From the NCBI GenBank assembly GCA_015059905.1, contig SUZN01000002.1:65742-129741 (forward strand): DNA of 64,000 nucleotides, written 5' to 3'. A program made the translations under genes and the position numbers. Of this stretch, positions 18,485 through 26,745 are shown in pieces. The notes under the pieces were generated by a model. It was not told the DNA's origin, searched no databases, and saw nothing but the letters and a program-made list of their open reading frames with translations. The stretch's first letter is position 1. Each line of letters starts with the position of its first letter. The DNA comes from Rikenellaceae bacterium (lineage in GTDB: Bacteria; Bacteroidota; Bacteroidia; Bacteroidales; Rikenellaceae).

Positions 18485-18854
18485 CTATCTTCCAGCGGTT
18501 ATCTATCTTTACCATCTCGCACACCTCCTCGTGAGTTGTGCCGTTGCCATAGGTCAGAAGGGTAGTGATGGTCGCACGATTTTCATCCTCCATCGAGGGA
18601 TTTACCGAGAGTATTTCAACCTTTGCGATGCCGCCCTTCTCGGCTATTGACTTGCGCTCCTTGTCCATTATGGCGCAGTAGAGTTCGGTGTCGCCCTCGT
18701 CGCCGAGAGTGGTCAGCTCCAGCGCCTCCACATATTCGCCCGCCTCGATTGCGCGAAAGAATGACATTGTCGTGGACTTGGGTGTGCGACCCACGCCGCA
18801 CGAGATAAGCGCGAGGCACAGCGCCAAAGAAAGTATGGTAAAAATTCGTTTCAT
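18462..18854 (-). CDS. DUF4878-like small lipoprotein
   Basis: Lipobox LALISCG. FFRAIEAGEYVEALELT is typical of DUF4878. Overlaps the downstream gene by 23 nt, so the two form an operon. Confidence 0.65.
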   Translation of the reverse strand: MKRIFTILSLALCLALISCGVGRTPKSTTMSFFRAIEAGEYVEALELTTLGDEGDTELYCAIMDKERKSIAEKGGIAKVEILSVNPSMEDENRATITTLLTYGNGTTHEEVCEMVKIDNRWKIDVNLNTK

Positions 18855-18904
18855 ATGAGCAAAGATAGTAAATTTTTGTAAATTTGCGATAACAAATTCG
18901 ATTT

Positions 18905-19399
18905 ATGGCAAAGCAGAAGATTGAAAAGACCAATGCGGCACGATTGCTCGACAGGGCGAAGATACGATATGAGTTGATACCATACCTGGTTGATGAGAAC
19001 GACCTTGCGGCAACGCACGTTGCGGAACAGCTGGGTGAAGATATTGCAACGGTGTTCAAGACGCTGGTGCTGGAGGGTGACCGCACAGGGTATCTGGTGT
19101 GCGTAGTGCCTGGCAATCACGAGGTTAATCTGAAGGCGGCGGCGCGAGTGTCGGGCAATAAGAAGGTGGAGATGCTTGCGATGAAGGAGTTGCTGCCCAC
19201 AACGGGTTATATTCGTGGCGGTTGCTCGCCCATCGGGATGAAGAAGCGTTTTCCGACCTATATCCACTCATCGGCTCTTGATTGCGAGTTTATCTACATC
19301 AGCGCAGGCGTTCGCGGCCTGCAGATAAAGATTGCCCCCACCGATTTGATTTCATTTGTAGGCGCCGAGGTCGCCGAAATTAGCGAAGTGATGGGGTAG
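18905..19399 (+). CDS. ybaK: Cys-tRNA(Pro)/Cys-tRNA(Cys) deacylase YbaK
   Basis: TNAARLLD...Y...VFKTLV...GGCSPIG motifs characteristic of YbaK. Confidence 0.85.
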   Translation: MAKQKIEKTNAARLLDRAKIRYELIPYLVDENDLAATHVAEQLGEDIATVFKTLVLEGDRTGYLVCVVPGNHEVNLKAAARVSGNKKVEMLAMKELLPTTGYIRGGCSPIGMKKRFPTYIHSSALDCEFIYISAGVRGLQIKIAPTDLISFVGAEVAEISEVMG

Positions 19400-19465
19400 A
19401 TGATACATTTTATATAAATATTTTTAGAAAGCGACAAAAAATTTTGATAAACCAAAAATTATCCC

Positions 19466-19473
19466 TACATTTG
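19466..19473 (+). promoter_or_regulatory. -7 box (TACATTTG) upstream of tRNA-Lys
   Basis: Exact TAnnTTTG match 52 nt upstream of the tRNA 5' end. Confidence 0.45.
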
Positions 19474-19524
19474 CACCACCAAAAATCGGGGTCTTGATTT
19501 TAAGACGTCATTTTGGCGAGCGTT

Positions 19525-19597
19525 GATCCTGTAGCTCAGCAGGTAGAGCACAACACTTTTAATGTTGGGGTCCCGGGTTCGAGCCCCGGCGGGATCA
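19525..19597 (+). tRNA. tRNA-Lys (anticodon TTT)
   Basis: 73-nt cloverleaf: GATCCTG/CGGGATC acceptor, anticodon arm CAACA-CTTTTAA-TGTTG, T-loop TTCGAGC. Confidence 0.9.
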
Positions 19598-19606
19598 CGG
19601 AAAAGG

Positions 19607-19636
19607 CGGCAATCTTTTGAGATTGTCGTTTTTTTT
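19607..19636 (+). terminator. Intrinsic terminator of tRNA-Lys
   Basis: 9-bp stem cggcaatct / agattgtcg with loop tttg, followed by T8 (19629-19636). Confidence 0.75.
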
Positions 19637-20147
19637 GAACGACAGCCGAAGCGATTTGCTTCGGTTGTTTTTTTATGTTTGTCAATCGGCGTGCAAGCTC
19701 GCCATTGCCTACACAAAAAAAATCATCTGCTTCGCAGCTTGTCGTTCCGTCCGTAATTCCGTCAGGCATTTGTATTTGGGTTGCGCGAATAACATAATAT
19801 TTATTTTCAAAGGTATTCGCGCTTCGGCTTCGCCGTTCGAGCCCCATTGCAAGAGAGTGAACGACAACAAGCAATTTGCTTCGGTCATTTTTTTTATGTT
19901 TGCCAATCGTCGTGCAAGTCCGCCATTGCCCACACAAAAAAATCATCTGCTTCGCAGCCTGTCGTTCCGTCCGTAATTCCGTCAGGCATTTGTATTTGGG
20001 TTGCGCGAATAACATAATATTTATTTTCAAGGGTATTCGCGCTTCGGCTACGCCGTTCGAGCCCCTTTGTAAGAATGTGAACGACAACGAGCATTTTGCT
20101 TCGGCTGTTTTTTTTTTATGTTTGACAATTGGCGTGCAAGCTCGATT
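19637..20147. repeat. Tandem repeat of a 221-222 bp unit, two full copies plus a ~69-bp third copy
   Basis: Copies start at 19637, 19858 and 20079 (each begins gaacgaca). The central ~130 nt is nearly identical between copies 1 and 2 (3 substitutions seen), and the flanks are more diverged. Confidence 0.9.
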
Positions 20148-20195
20148 AAACCTAAATATTATTCTCGAAAATCACACATTTTCCGCAGAAATGAA

Positions 20196-20203
20196 TATAT
20201 TTG
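20196..20203 (+). promoter_or_regulatory. -7 box (TATATTTG) upstream of the acyltransferase gene
   Basis: Exact TAnnTTTG match 20 nt upstream of the ATG at 20223. Confidence 0.45.
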
Positions 20204-20222
20204 TAAAAATATTCAACCAAAA

Positions 20223-21395
20223 ATGAAACCAACAACTACATCTGCGGCACATTTTGCCGATACGAAACCTCATTATGAACTGCTCGATGGATTGCGCGGC
20301 GTGGCGGCACTGCTGGTAATTGTATATCACATCTTCGAGGGCTTTGCCTTCGCTGCCTCGCAGAATGGCGAGGGTAGTGGACTAATCGAAACATTCAATC
20401 ATGGTCACACCGCTGTCGATTTCTTCTTTATCCTCTCGGGATTTGTGATTAGCTATGCCTACGACGACCGTTGGCAAAAGATGTCGCTCGGTGGCTTCTT
20501 TAAGCGTCGTCTGATACGCCTTCAGCCTATGCTCGTGATGGGCGCTGTGCTGGGAGCTTTGTCGTTCCTCGTTAGCGGCTGCGAGCGTTGGGATGGTACA
20601 ACTACGCCCGTAAGCTGGGTGATGGTGGCATTGCTGCTTACGATGTGTATGATACCCTCGGTGCAGGGCGCACGAAGTGATGTGAGAGGTTTCAACGAGA
20701 TGTTCTCGCTCAATGGTCCTGCGTGGTCGCTCTTCTTTGAATATATAGGAAATATTTTTTACGCGCTTTTTATTCGCCACCTATCGACAAAGATGTTGAA
20801 GGTGCTCGTAGCTCTGTTGGCGGCGTTGCACGTTTGTTTTTTTGTCGGAAATGTGTCGGAATATAATAGTGTGGGCGTGGGTTGGACGCTGGATACACTG
20901 AACTTCTGGGGCGGTATGTTGCGTATGATGTTCCCATTTACGGTGGGTATGTTGCTTGCGCGCACGTTTAAGCCCCGCAAGGTAAAGGGCGCTTTCTGGA
21001 TTTGTTCGCTGATGCTTGTTGCGGCATTTGCTGTGCCTTATGTGGGAGATGCCGACGGTGTGAGCCTGAATAGCCTGTATGAGGTGTTCTGCATCGCTGT
21101 GATATATCCATTTATTGTGTGGCTGGGTGCGTGCGGAAGCAGTGAGAATAAAGTGACGGAAAAGACAAATAAGTTCCTGGGTGAAATTTCATATCCAATA
21201 TATATTATTCACTATCCGATGATGTATTTGTTCTATATGTGGATAATGAAGAACAAATACTACGGCTTTGAGGATACTATTTTCGTTCCGATAGCGTTGA
21301 TTATATTGAGTATGTTGCTTGCCTACGCCTGTCTGAAACTATATGATGAGCCTCTGCGCAGATGGCTGGCAAAGAAGTTTGTAAACAAACAATAG
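20223..21395 (+). CDS. Acyltransferase family 3 (membrane O-acyltransferase)
   Basis: LDGLRGVAALLVIVYH and AVDFFFILSGFVI motifs with about 10 TM helices. Start refined to the ATG at 20223. Confidence 0.85.
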   Translation: MKPTTTSAAHFADTKPHYELLDGLRGVAALLVIVYHIFEGFAFAASQNGEGSGLIETFNHGHTAVDFFFILSGFVISYAYDDRWQKMSLGGFFKRRLIRLQPMLVMGAVLGALSFLVSGCERWDGTTTPVSWVMVALLLTMCMIPSVQGARSDVRGFNEMFSLNGPAWSLFFEYIGNIFYALFIRHLSTKMLKVLVALLAALHVCFFVGNVSEYNSVGVGWTLDTLNFWGGMLRMMFPFTVGMLLARTFKPRKVKGAFWICSLMLVAAFAVPYVGDADGVSLNSLYEVFCIAVIYPFIVWLGACGSSENKVTEKTNKFLGEISYPIYIIHYPMMYLFYMWIMKNKYYGFEDTIFVPIALIILSMLLAYACLKLYDEPLRRWLAKKFVNKQ

Positions 21396-21401
21396 CGCTT
21401 T

Positions 21402-22586
21402 ATGAGATTTTGGGGTTTGTTGTTGGTATTGTTGCCATTATTGACTGCGCCGCAGGCTGTCGATGCGCAGCAAAAAGATAAGGCTCGCAAACAAAAGAGC
21501 AAGGATGCCGATGCTGACATTACGGCGGCGGAAGCGGAGATACTTGGTTATGAATATTACAATGGCGAGAACGGTAAGAAAGTGGACTATGCGAGTGCGG
21601 TCTATTTCTACAATATTGCGGCAAAGAAAAACAGCGCTGTGGCGCAGAACAATCTCGGTAATTGTTATTTTTATGGTCACGGTGTAGAGAAGAATTATGA
21701 GGTAGCCCTGGAGTGGTATCGTAAGGCTGCACGTCAGAATTACGGCTCGGCACTAAATAATATTGGCAATTGTTACAAACAGGGTTTGGGTGTTGAACAA
21801 AACTATGAGGAGGCTGCAAAGTGGTATGATCGTGCCGCCGAACGCAATGACCCAGCTGGGTTGAACAACCTTGCCATTTGCTATTATTACGGTCACGGAG
21901 TAGAGCAGAATTACATCGAGGCGGCGGCTCTCTATCGCAGGGCGGCAGCGCGAGGCAATGCTGTGGCGCAGTTGAACTTGGCGAACTGCTATTTCAAGGG
22001 TCACGGCGTGGAGAAAAACCGCTACGAAGCCATCGAGTGGTATCGCAAAGCAGCGATGGCAGGGTTGGAGACAGCACAATATAACCTGGGGTATTGCTAC
22101 TATCAGGGTCACGGCGTAGATCGCGACTTTGACCAGGCTGTGGAGTGGTATCGTAAAGCGGCAAATCGTGGAAATGCGTGGGCGCAGAACAACCTCGGTA
22201 TATGTTATAAAAATGGCACGGGCGTAAAGCGCGATTATAGCGAAGCTGTGAAGTGGTTTATGAAAGCGGCTGGGCAGGGACACGCCTTCGCTCAAAACAA
22301 TATGGGTGTGTGCTATTTCTATGGTCAGGGCGTAGAGAAGAGTGAGAGCAAGGCTGTCAAGTTGTTTGAAGCAGCTGCTGGGCAAGGTTACAGCTGGGCA
22401 CAGAACAATTTGGCGAATTGTTATTTTCACGGCAAGGGCGTGGAGCAAAACCGTGCCAAGGCGATGGAGATATACAACAAATTAGCCCAAGAGGGTAATG
22501 CCGAGGCAAAAGACCGCCTTGAGCGTATAAAGAATAACGACTTCGATTGGGAGTTGGGCGAAGCCGCAGCTGCTGATATTGAGTAA
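21402..22586 (+). CDS. Secreted Sel1-like repeat (SLR/TPR-like) protein
   Basis: Signal peptide, then about 9 consecutive ~36-aa repeats of the form A..WY.KAA.QG...AQ.NLG.CY..G.GV.. Confidence 0.9.
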   Translation: MRFWGLLLVLLPLLTAPQAVDAQQKDKARKQKSKDADADITAAEAEILGYEYYNGENGKKVDYASAVYFYNIAAKKNSAVAQNNLGNCYFYGHGVEKNYEVALEWYRKAARQNYGSALNNIGNCYKQGLGVEQNYEEAAKWYDRAAERNDPAGLNNLAICYYYGHGVEQNYIEAAALYRRAAARGNAVAQLNLANCYFKGHGVEKNRYEAIEWYRKAAMAGLETAQYNLGYCYYQGHGVDRDFDQAVEWYRKAANRGNAWAQNNLGICYKNGTGVKRDYSEAVKWFMKAAGQGHAFAQNNMGVCYFYGQGVEKSESKAVKLFEAAAGQGYSWAQNNLANCYFHGKGVEQNRAKAMEIYNKLAQEGNAEAKDRLERIKNNDFDWELGEAAAADIE

Positions 22587-22591
22587 TCGGG

Positions 22592-23860
22592 TTAGAAACT
22601 ATACTTTACCATCATACATACTCGCAGATTATCCACCGTGCGGAGTGCATCGGTGCGACCGTTGATTGCTACATCGCCATAGCCTACGGCGGTGTAGTCA
22701 AGCTCCAGCGCGAGGGCGAGATTTTTCGCAACGTAGCTTATTGAAGGGCTGATGCGGTAGAGATAATCGGTGTTTTTTGCACCACGCATCCAGAAATCAT
22801 CTGTCGAGATAAAATACTCCTTTGCACCCAGTCCCTTTGAATATCCGAGCATAATACCCGCAATCCAGCGCGAGCCGTAGGTGGCATTAAGCCACGATGT
22901 GAGTGAACGGATAGGGGCGTAGTCGTAGCTGCCCGTTACAGGGTCATAGCTTGTTGCACCATAACCACTTACCATCGTTAAGTGTGAGGTGTTCTCGCCG
23001 TAGATAACCTTTCCTTTAAGGTTGAACTTGCCACTCTTGTAATCAGCAAAAATCTCTGATGAAACGCCCGTTACGCGGTCGTTTGCCCTGACGTGCACCT
23101 CCTGCTCGGTTCTTGTGCCATTTTCATCTGTTACGCTACGCAGGGCGATGCTGCTCTTGCGTGGCATAAGGCTCAAAATATCGACACCTGCGCCGAGCGT
23201 AAAGTGCTCGCCCGAGTGCTTCCACGAGAGATATATTTCTGGAATTTTGCTCCAGCGCGAGTAGTCATAGCTTGTGCCGTCGGGTCCCGCCGAGACATTT
23301 GGGAATTGATACAATGCAGCAGCCGTAAAGTTCCAGCCGCGTCCTACGTTAAGACTCATATTGAGCTGCGGAGAGCGGTTGAAGGGGGCAAAGGGTGAGC
23401 CTGTCGCCAATCCCGCCACAGTCGGCATAACCTGAATAACCATAGGGTGCCAGGTCTGTCCGCAAGTGAGGGTCAGGCGCTCCCATTGCAGTCGCACAAA
23501 TGCCTGACGTATGCGGAAGAGGGTATTGTTTGAGCCATATCCACAGAAGTCGGCCTCAATCTTTGCCGAGCTGCTTGCCTTGCCGATTGTGGGACCTGCC
23601 ACATCCACACCCAAACGAGTGGTGAAGGCAACAAACGACAATTCATCAACAGCGTTCAAATCCTCCGAGCCATCTTCGTTGAGCTTTTCGTCGAGTGGCA
23701 TCACGTTAAACGTCTCACCCATAAGGTTCAGACATTGGCGTGAGTCGTAGCTGATATAGTTGCGGACAAAGCCATAAGGTTTGAATTTAATGTTGTTCTT
23801 ATCCTGGGCTGCGGCATTTATCGACACAAGCAACAAAAGCGCAACAAGCAATCTCTTCAT
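22592..23860 (-). CDS. Outer-membrane beta-barrel porin-like protein
   Basis: Signal peptide, alternating beta-strand pattern and a C-terminal ...MVKYSF aromatic terminus. Start refined to the ATG at 23860. Confidence 0.55.
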   Translation of the reverse strand: MKRLLVALLLLVSINAAAQDKNNIKFKPYGFVRNYISYDSRQCLNLMGETFNVMPLDEKLNEDGSEDLNAVDELSFVAFTTRLGVDVAGPTIGKASSSAKIEADFCGYGSNNTLFRIRQAFVRLQWERLTLTCGQTWHPMVIQVMPTVAGLATGSPFAPFNRSPQLNMSLNVGRGWNFTAAALYQFPNVSAGPDGTSYDYSRWSKIPEIYLSWKHSGEHFTLGAGVDILSLMPRKSSIALRSVTDENGTRTEQEVHVRANDRVTGVSSEIFADYKSGKFNLKGKVIYGENTSHLTMVSGYGATSYDPVTGSYDYAPIRSLTSWLNATYGSRWIAGIMLGYSKGLGAKEYFISTDDFWMRGAKNTDYLYRISPSISYVAKNLALALELDYTAVGYGDVAINGRTDALRTVDNLRVCMMVKYSF

Positions 23861-24009
23861 AATTGAAATGTTTATCTGTTTTTTGAAATCTGCACAAAAA
23901 TACAAAATTTAAGTCTAAAAGCGACTTTATTTGGAAAAGTGTTAGTGGTTTGAGATAAAATTTGTAATTTTGTCACGATTGGCGTATCCCTTTTGGAATG
24001 GTTGGAATT

Positions 24010-25347
24010 ATGAAGCGACAAATCATATTGGTAGTATTGGTGTTGTTGATTGGTGGCGTTATCTATCTTGAGCGCATCCTCTCGACTGATAAGGTTGTGG
24101 AGGTTGCCAAGGAGGAAGATTATGGTTACCGATTGAATGACTCGCTTTGTAATGCCATCTCTGATTTACCCACAACTGAGACAATGGAGCGTTATATCAA
24201 GCGCTGGATGGCTCGCTACAACATCAAGGGAGCATCGCTGGCTGTGATGCGTGATGAGCACCTTATCTACTGCAAGGGCTTCGGCTGGGCGGATAAGGAG
24301 TGCGAGCGCGAGGCAGAGGTGGGCGACATCTATCGCATTGCATCGGCATCGAAGTTGGTGACTGCGGTGGGTGTTATGAAACTATGCGACCAGGGTAAGT
24401 TGCGCCTTGATGATAAGGTTTTTGGCGAGCAGGGTATTCTTAAACAGTTCACAGAGTATAGGGATAAGCGTGTGGCAAATATCACCGTGCGCCATCTGCT
24501 CAACCACACGGCTGGTTTCAGCCGCCAGAAAGGCGATTTGATGTTCCGTGTGGCTGATGTAATGGAGTGGGAGAATATGGACACTACACCTACGGCAGAT
24601 GAACTCATCGCTTGTCAGCTTGCAATGCGTCTGCGTTGCGCACCAGGTGGCTCGGCGCAATACTCCAATGTGGGTTATCTGGTGCTTTCGCGTGTGATAG
24701 AGCAGGTGTCAGGAATGGGATACGAGGAGTACTTGCAGACAAATGTGCTTTGGCCTGCGGGGTGTTACGATATGCACATCGCACGCAACTATTATGAGCA
24801 GCGTTACCCAGGCGAGGTGAAATATTATGGTCACGACGAGGAGCGTATCGTATCGTATGACGGCTCGGGCGAGTTGCGTCTGCGCGAGTATGGCGGTAAC
24901 AACATCCGAGGCTTGCAGGGTGCAGGCGCGTGGGTGGCTTCGTCGGTTGAGTTGATGCGTCTGGTGGCTTCGATTGACGGCAAGCCAGGTGTGCCCGATA
25001 TTATCTCGCCAGAGAGCGTGGCAGAGATGAAACGCATAACGCGCAAGGGCGATTATGCATTAGGCTGGGCGAAGTATCACGCGAATGTAGGCTCGCTGGT
25101 ACGTACAGGAACGATGTCGGGAACGTGTGCTTACATCGATCATCGCGAGAATGGCATATCGTATGTATTCCTCACAAACACAAGCCATTATCGTGGTGCA
25201 GGCTTTACCAATTCGATTGGTCAGATGATTCGCAATGCAATGACACGAGTGACTGATTGGCCTACCGACAGAGATATGTTTGTCGAGGTGCCACATCCCG
25301 AAAAGGAGCAGGCTGACACGACCGCAATGGCGGATGATGTATCATAG
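24010..25347 (+). CDS. Serine hydrolase of the beta-lactamase / PBP4* (class C-like) family, membrane anchored
   Basis: S-x-x-K motif (ASASK), Y-x-N motif (YSNVGY) and an N-terminal TM anchor. Confidence 0.75.
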   Translation: MKRQIILVVLVLLIGGVIYLERILSTDKVVEVAKEEDYGYRLNDSLCNAISDLPTTETMERYIKRWMARYNIKGASLAVMRDEHLIYCKGFGWADKECEREAEVGDIYRIASASKLVTAVGVMKLCDQGKLRLDDKVFGEQGILKQFTEYRDKRVANITVRHLLNHTAGFSRQKGDLMFRVADVMEWENMDTTPTADELIACQLAMRLRCAPGGSAQYSNVGYLVLSRVIEQVSGMGYEEYLQTNVLWPAGCYDMHIARNYYEQRYPGEVKYYGHDEERIVSYDGSGELRLREYGGNNIRGLQGAGAWVASSVELMRLVASIDGKPGVPDIISPESVAEMKRITRKGDYALGWAKYHANVGSLVRTGTMSGTCAYIDHRENGISYVFLTNTSHYRGAGFTNSIGQMIRNAMTRVTDWPTDRDMFVEVPHPEKEQADTTAMADDVS

Positions 25348-25463
25348 TTTTACCGATGCAAAAGGCTGTAAAAAGCCGAAATGAGAGAAAAGCGAATAAA
25401 AATATGAAATTTCACCTCAATGGTGATTGCATATTAAATATTTTTTATATTTTTGTCCTATTA

Positions 25464-25508
25464 TTGCGGTTGTAAGTTCGTTGATGCGAACCTGTGACCG
25501 CAATTTTT
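25464..25508 (+). terminator. Compound hairpin plus T5. It is either the terminator of the hydrolase gene or a leader attenuator for the porin-pot operon
   Basis: Outer stem ttgcggt / accgcaa, inner stem gttcg / cgaac, then ttttt (25504-25508). A perfect -7 box, TATTTTTG, lies at 25448-25455 just upstream. Confidence 0.5.
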
Positions 25509-25576
25509 ACCTAAAAAGCAAACTTAAGTTTAACAAAAAAACATACTCTTATGTAATTTAACTATTTTACTGCTTA

Positions 25577-26713
25577 ATGAAGAAACTCTTTACCTTTTTG
25601 GGGGTCATACTTGTTATGGCTGGCTCTGCACTCCGTGCGCAGGAAGTTTATAGTAGTGCGCCGCAGCAGACCTCTGCATCTGAAACGGATGCAACTTTGG
25701 AAGATGGGGAGGATTGGATTCCTTCGATTTCGCTCAATTCACGATATAGTTATGATCGTGTGGCTGGTGGTGATTTAGCTGGTTTTGGTGGCGATGGATT
25801 CTATCTTGAAATTGACGGTAAAATAAGTAAAAACTTCTCTTACTCGTTGTGTCAAAAGCTCTTTTCACAGCACGGCGAGGATGATTCTGTTTTCGATAAT
25901 ACCGATTGGCTGACGCTCTCGTATAACGTGGGCAGCTTTGGCTTCACAGCAGGTAAGGATGTGCTGATGGTGGGAAGCTATGAATACGATGCCTATGATA
26001 TTGATTCTTACTTTGATATGAACTCTCACTTCTACAATAGCTTTAGCTGCTATCAGTGGGGTTTGAAAGGTGAGTGGACCAATCGTAAGGAGACCTCGAC
26101 AATCGCTTTTCAGGTGACAAATTCTCCATTCGCTTATGCTCCCAGAGAGGAGAATATGTACTCGTACAACCTCGGCTGGTATGGTGCGTGGGATTGGTAT
26201 GAGAGTATTTGGACCGTAAATCTTTTGGAGTATGCACCAGGCGAGTTTGTGAAGATGGTTGCGCTGGGTAATATGTTCTACATCGGCGATTTCTCCATCG
26301 GCGTGGATTATATCGTTAGAGGCGACAGCTGGAAGGATTCGTTGGATGAGGATTTTACACTCAACATAATGCCATCGTACAACTTTAACGATAAGGTGCG
26401 CCTGTTTGGCAAGTTCGGTTGGGAGAAGACGTCGGATGATTTGGAGTACGATTTTTGGGGCGAGTATCTTGGTCGTGAGGATAAACTCGCGGCTAACGAG
26501 GAGTGCGGCACAACGCAGCCCGCTTATTTGGTAGGTGGCAAGGACTACCTTTACTATGGCGTGGGTGTGGAGTACTTCCCTACGGAGAGTGTTCGTCTGC
26601 ACGCTGTGTGGGCATCGAACAACTACACATCACGCCACACGATAAATGTCGGTGTAACGTGGCGTTTCGATATTACAAAGGCAATTAAGCGCATTGCAGC
26701 AAAGCGCAATTAA
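25577..26713 (+). CDS. Outer-membrane porin-like beta-barrel protein (first gene of the pot cluster)
   Basis: Signal peptide and a beta-strand-rich, aromatic-girdle composition. It ends 32 nt before potA. Confidence 0.5.
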   Translation: MKKLFTFLGVILVMAGSALRAQEVYSSAPQQTSASETDATLEDGEDWIPSISLNSRYSYDRVAGGDLAGFGGDGFYLEIDGKISKNFSYSLCQKLFSQHGEDDSVFDNTDWLTLSYNVGSFGFTAGKDVLMVGSYEYDAYDIDSYFDMNSHFYNSFSCYQWGLKGEWTNRKETSTIAFQVTNSPFAYAPREENMYSYNLGWYGAWDWYESIWTVNLLEYAPGEFVKMVALGNMFYIGDFSIGVDYIVRGDSWKDSLDEDFTLNIMPSYNFNDKVRLFGKFGWEKTSDDLEYDFWGEYLGREDKLAANEECGTTQPAYLVGGKDYLYYGVGVEYFPTESVRLHAVWASNNYTSRHTINVGVTWRFDITKAIKRIAAKRN

Positions 26714-26745
26714 CAGAAATATTTATCATAAAACAGAAATAGAAA

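Noticed and set aside
19818-19857. A tRNA-like fragment (cgccgTTCGAGCccc) inside each repeat unit, considered as a tRNA pseudogene.
   Set aside because: Only the 11-nt T-loop region matches tRNA-Lys. The flanking bases cannot form a T-stem or an acceptor stem. I noted it only as a possible att-type scar within the repeat finding.
19637-20147. Whether the tandem repeats could be a CRISPR array.
   Set aside because: The units are about 221 bp and directly abut each other with no unique spacers. There are no 25-40 bp repeats, and no cas genes occur anywhere in the window.
19465-20226. Several ORFs of 64-183 aa on both strands across tRNA-Lys and the repeat region (for example 19536..20087 -, 19617..19976 +, 19876..20226 +).
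   Set aside because: They run through a tRNA gene and terminator hairpins, and their 'proteins' are just the repeat read in frame. Their composition does not look like coding sequence, and I judge them artefacts of a stop-poor repeat.
21402-22586. DNA periodicity of about 108 bp across the gene.
   Set aside because: It is explained by the 36-aa Sel1 repeats of the encoded protein. The copies are diverged at the nucleotide level.
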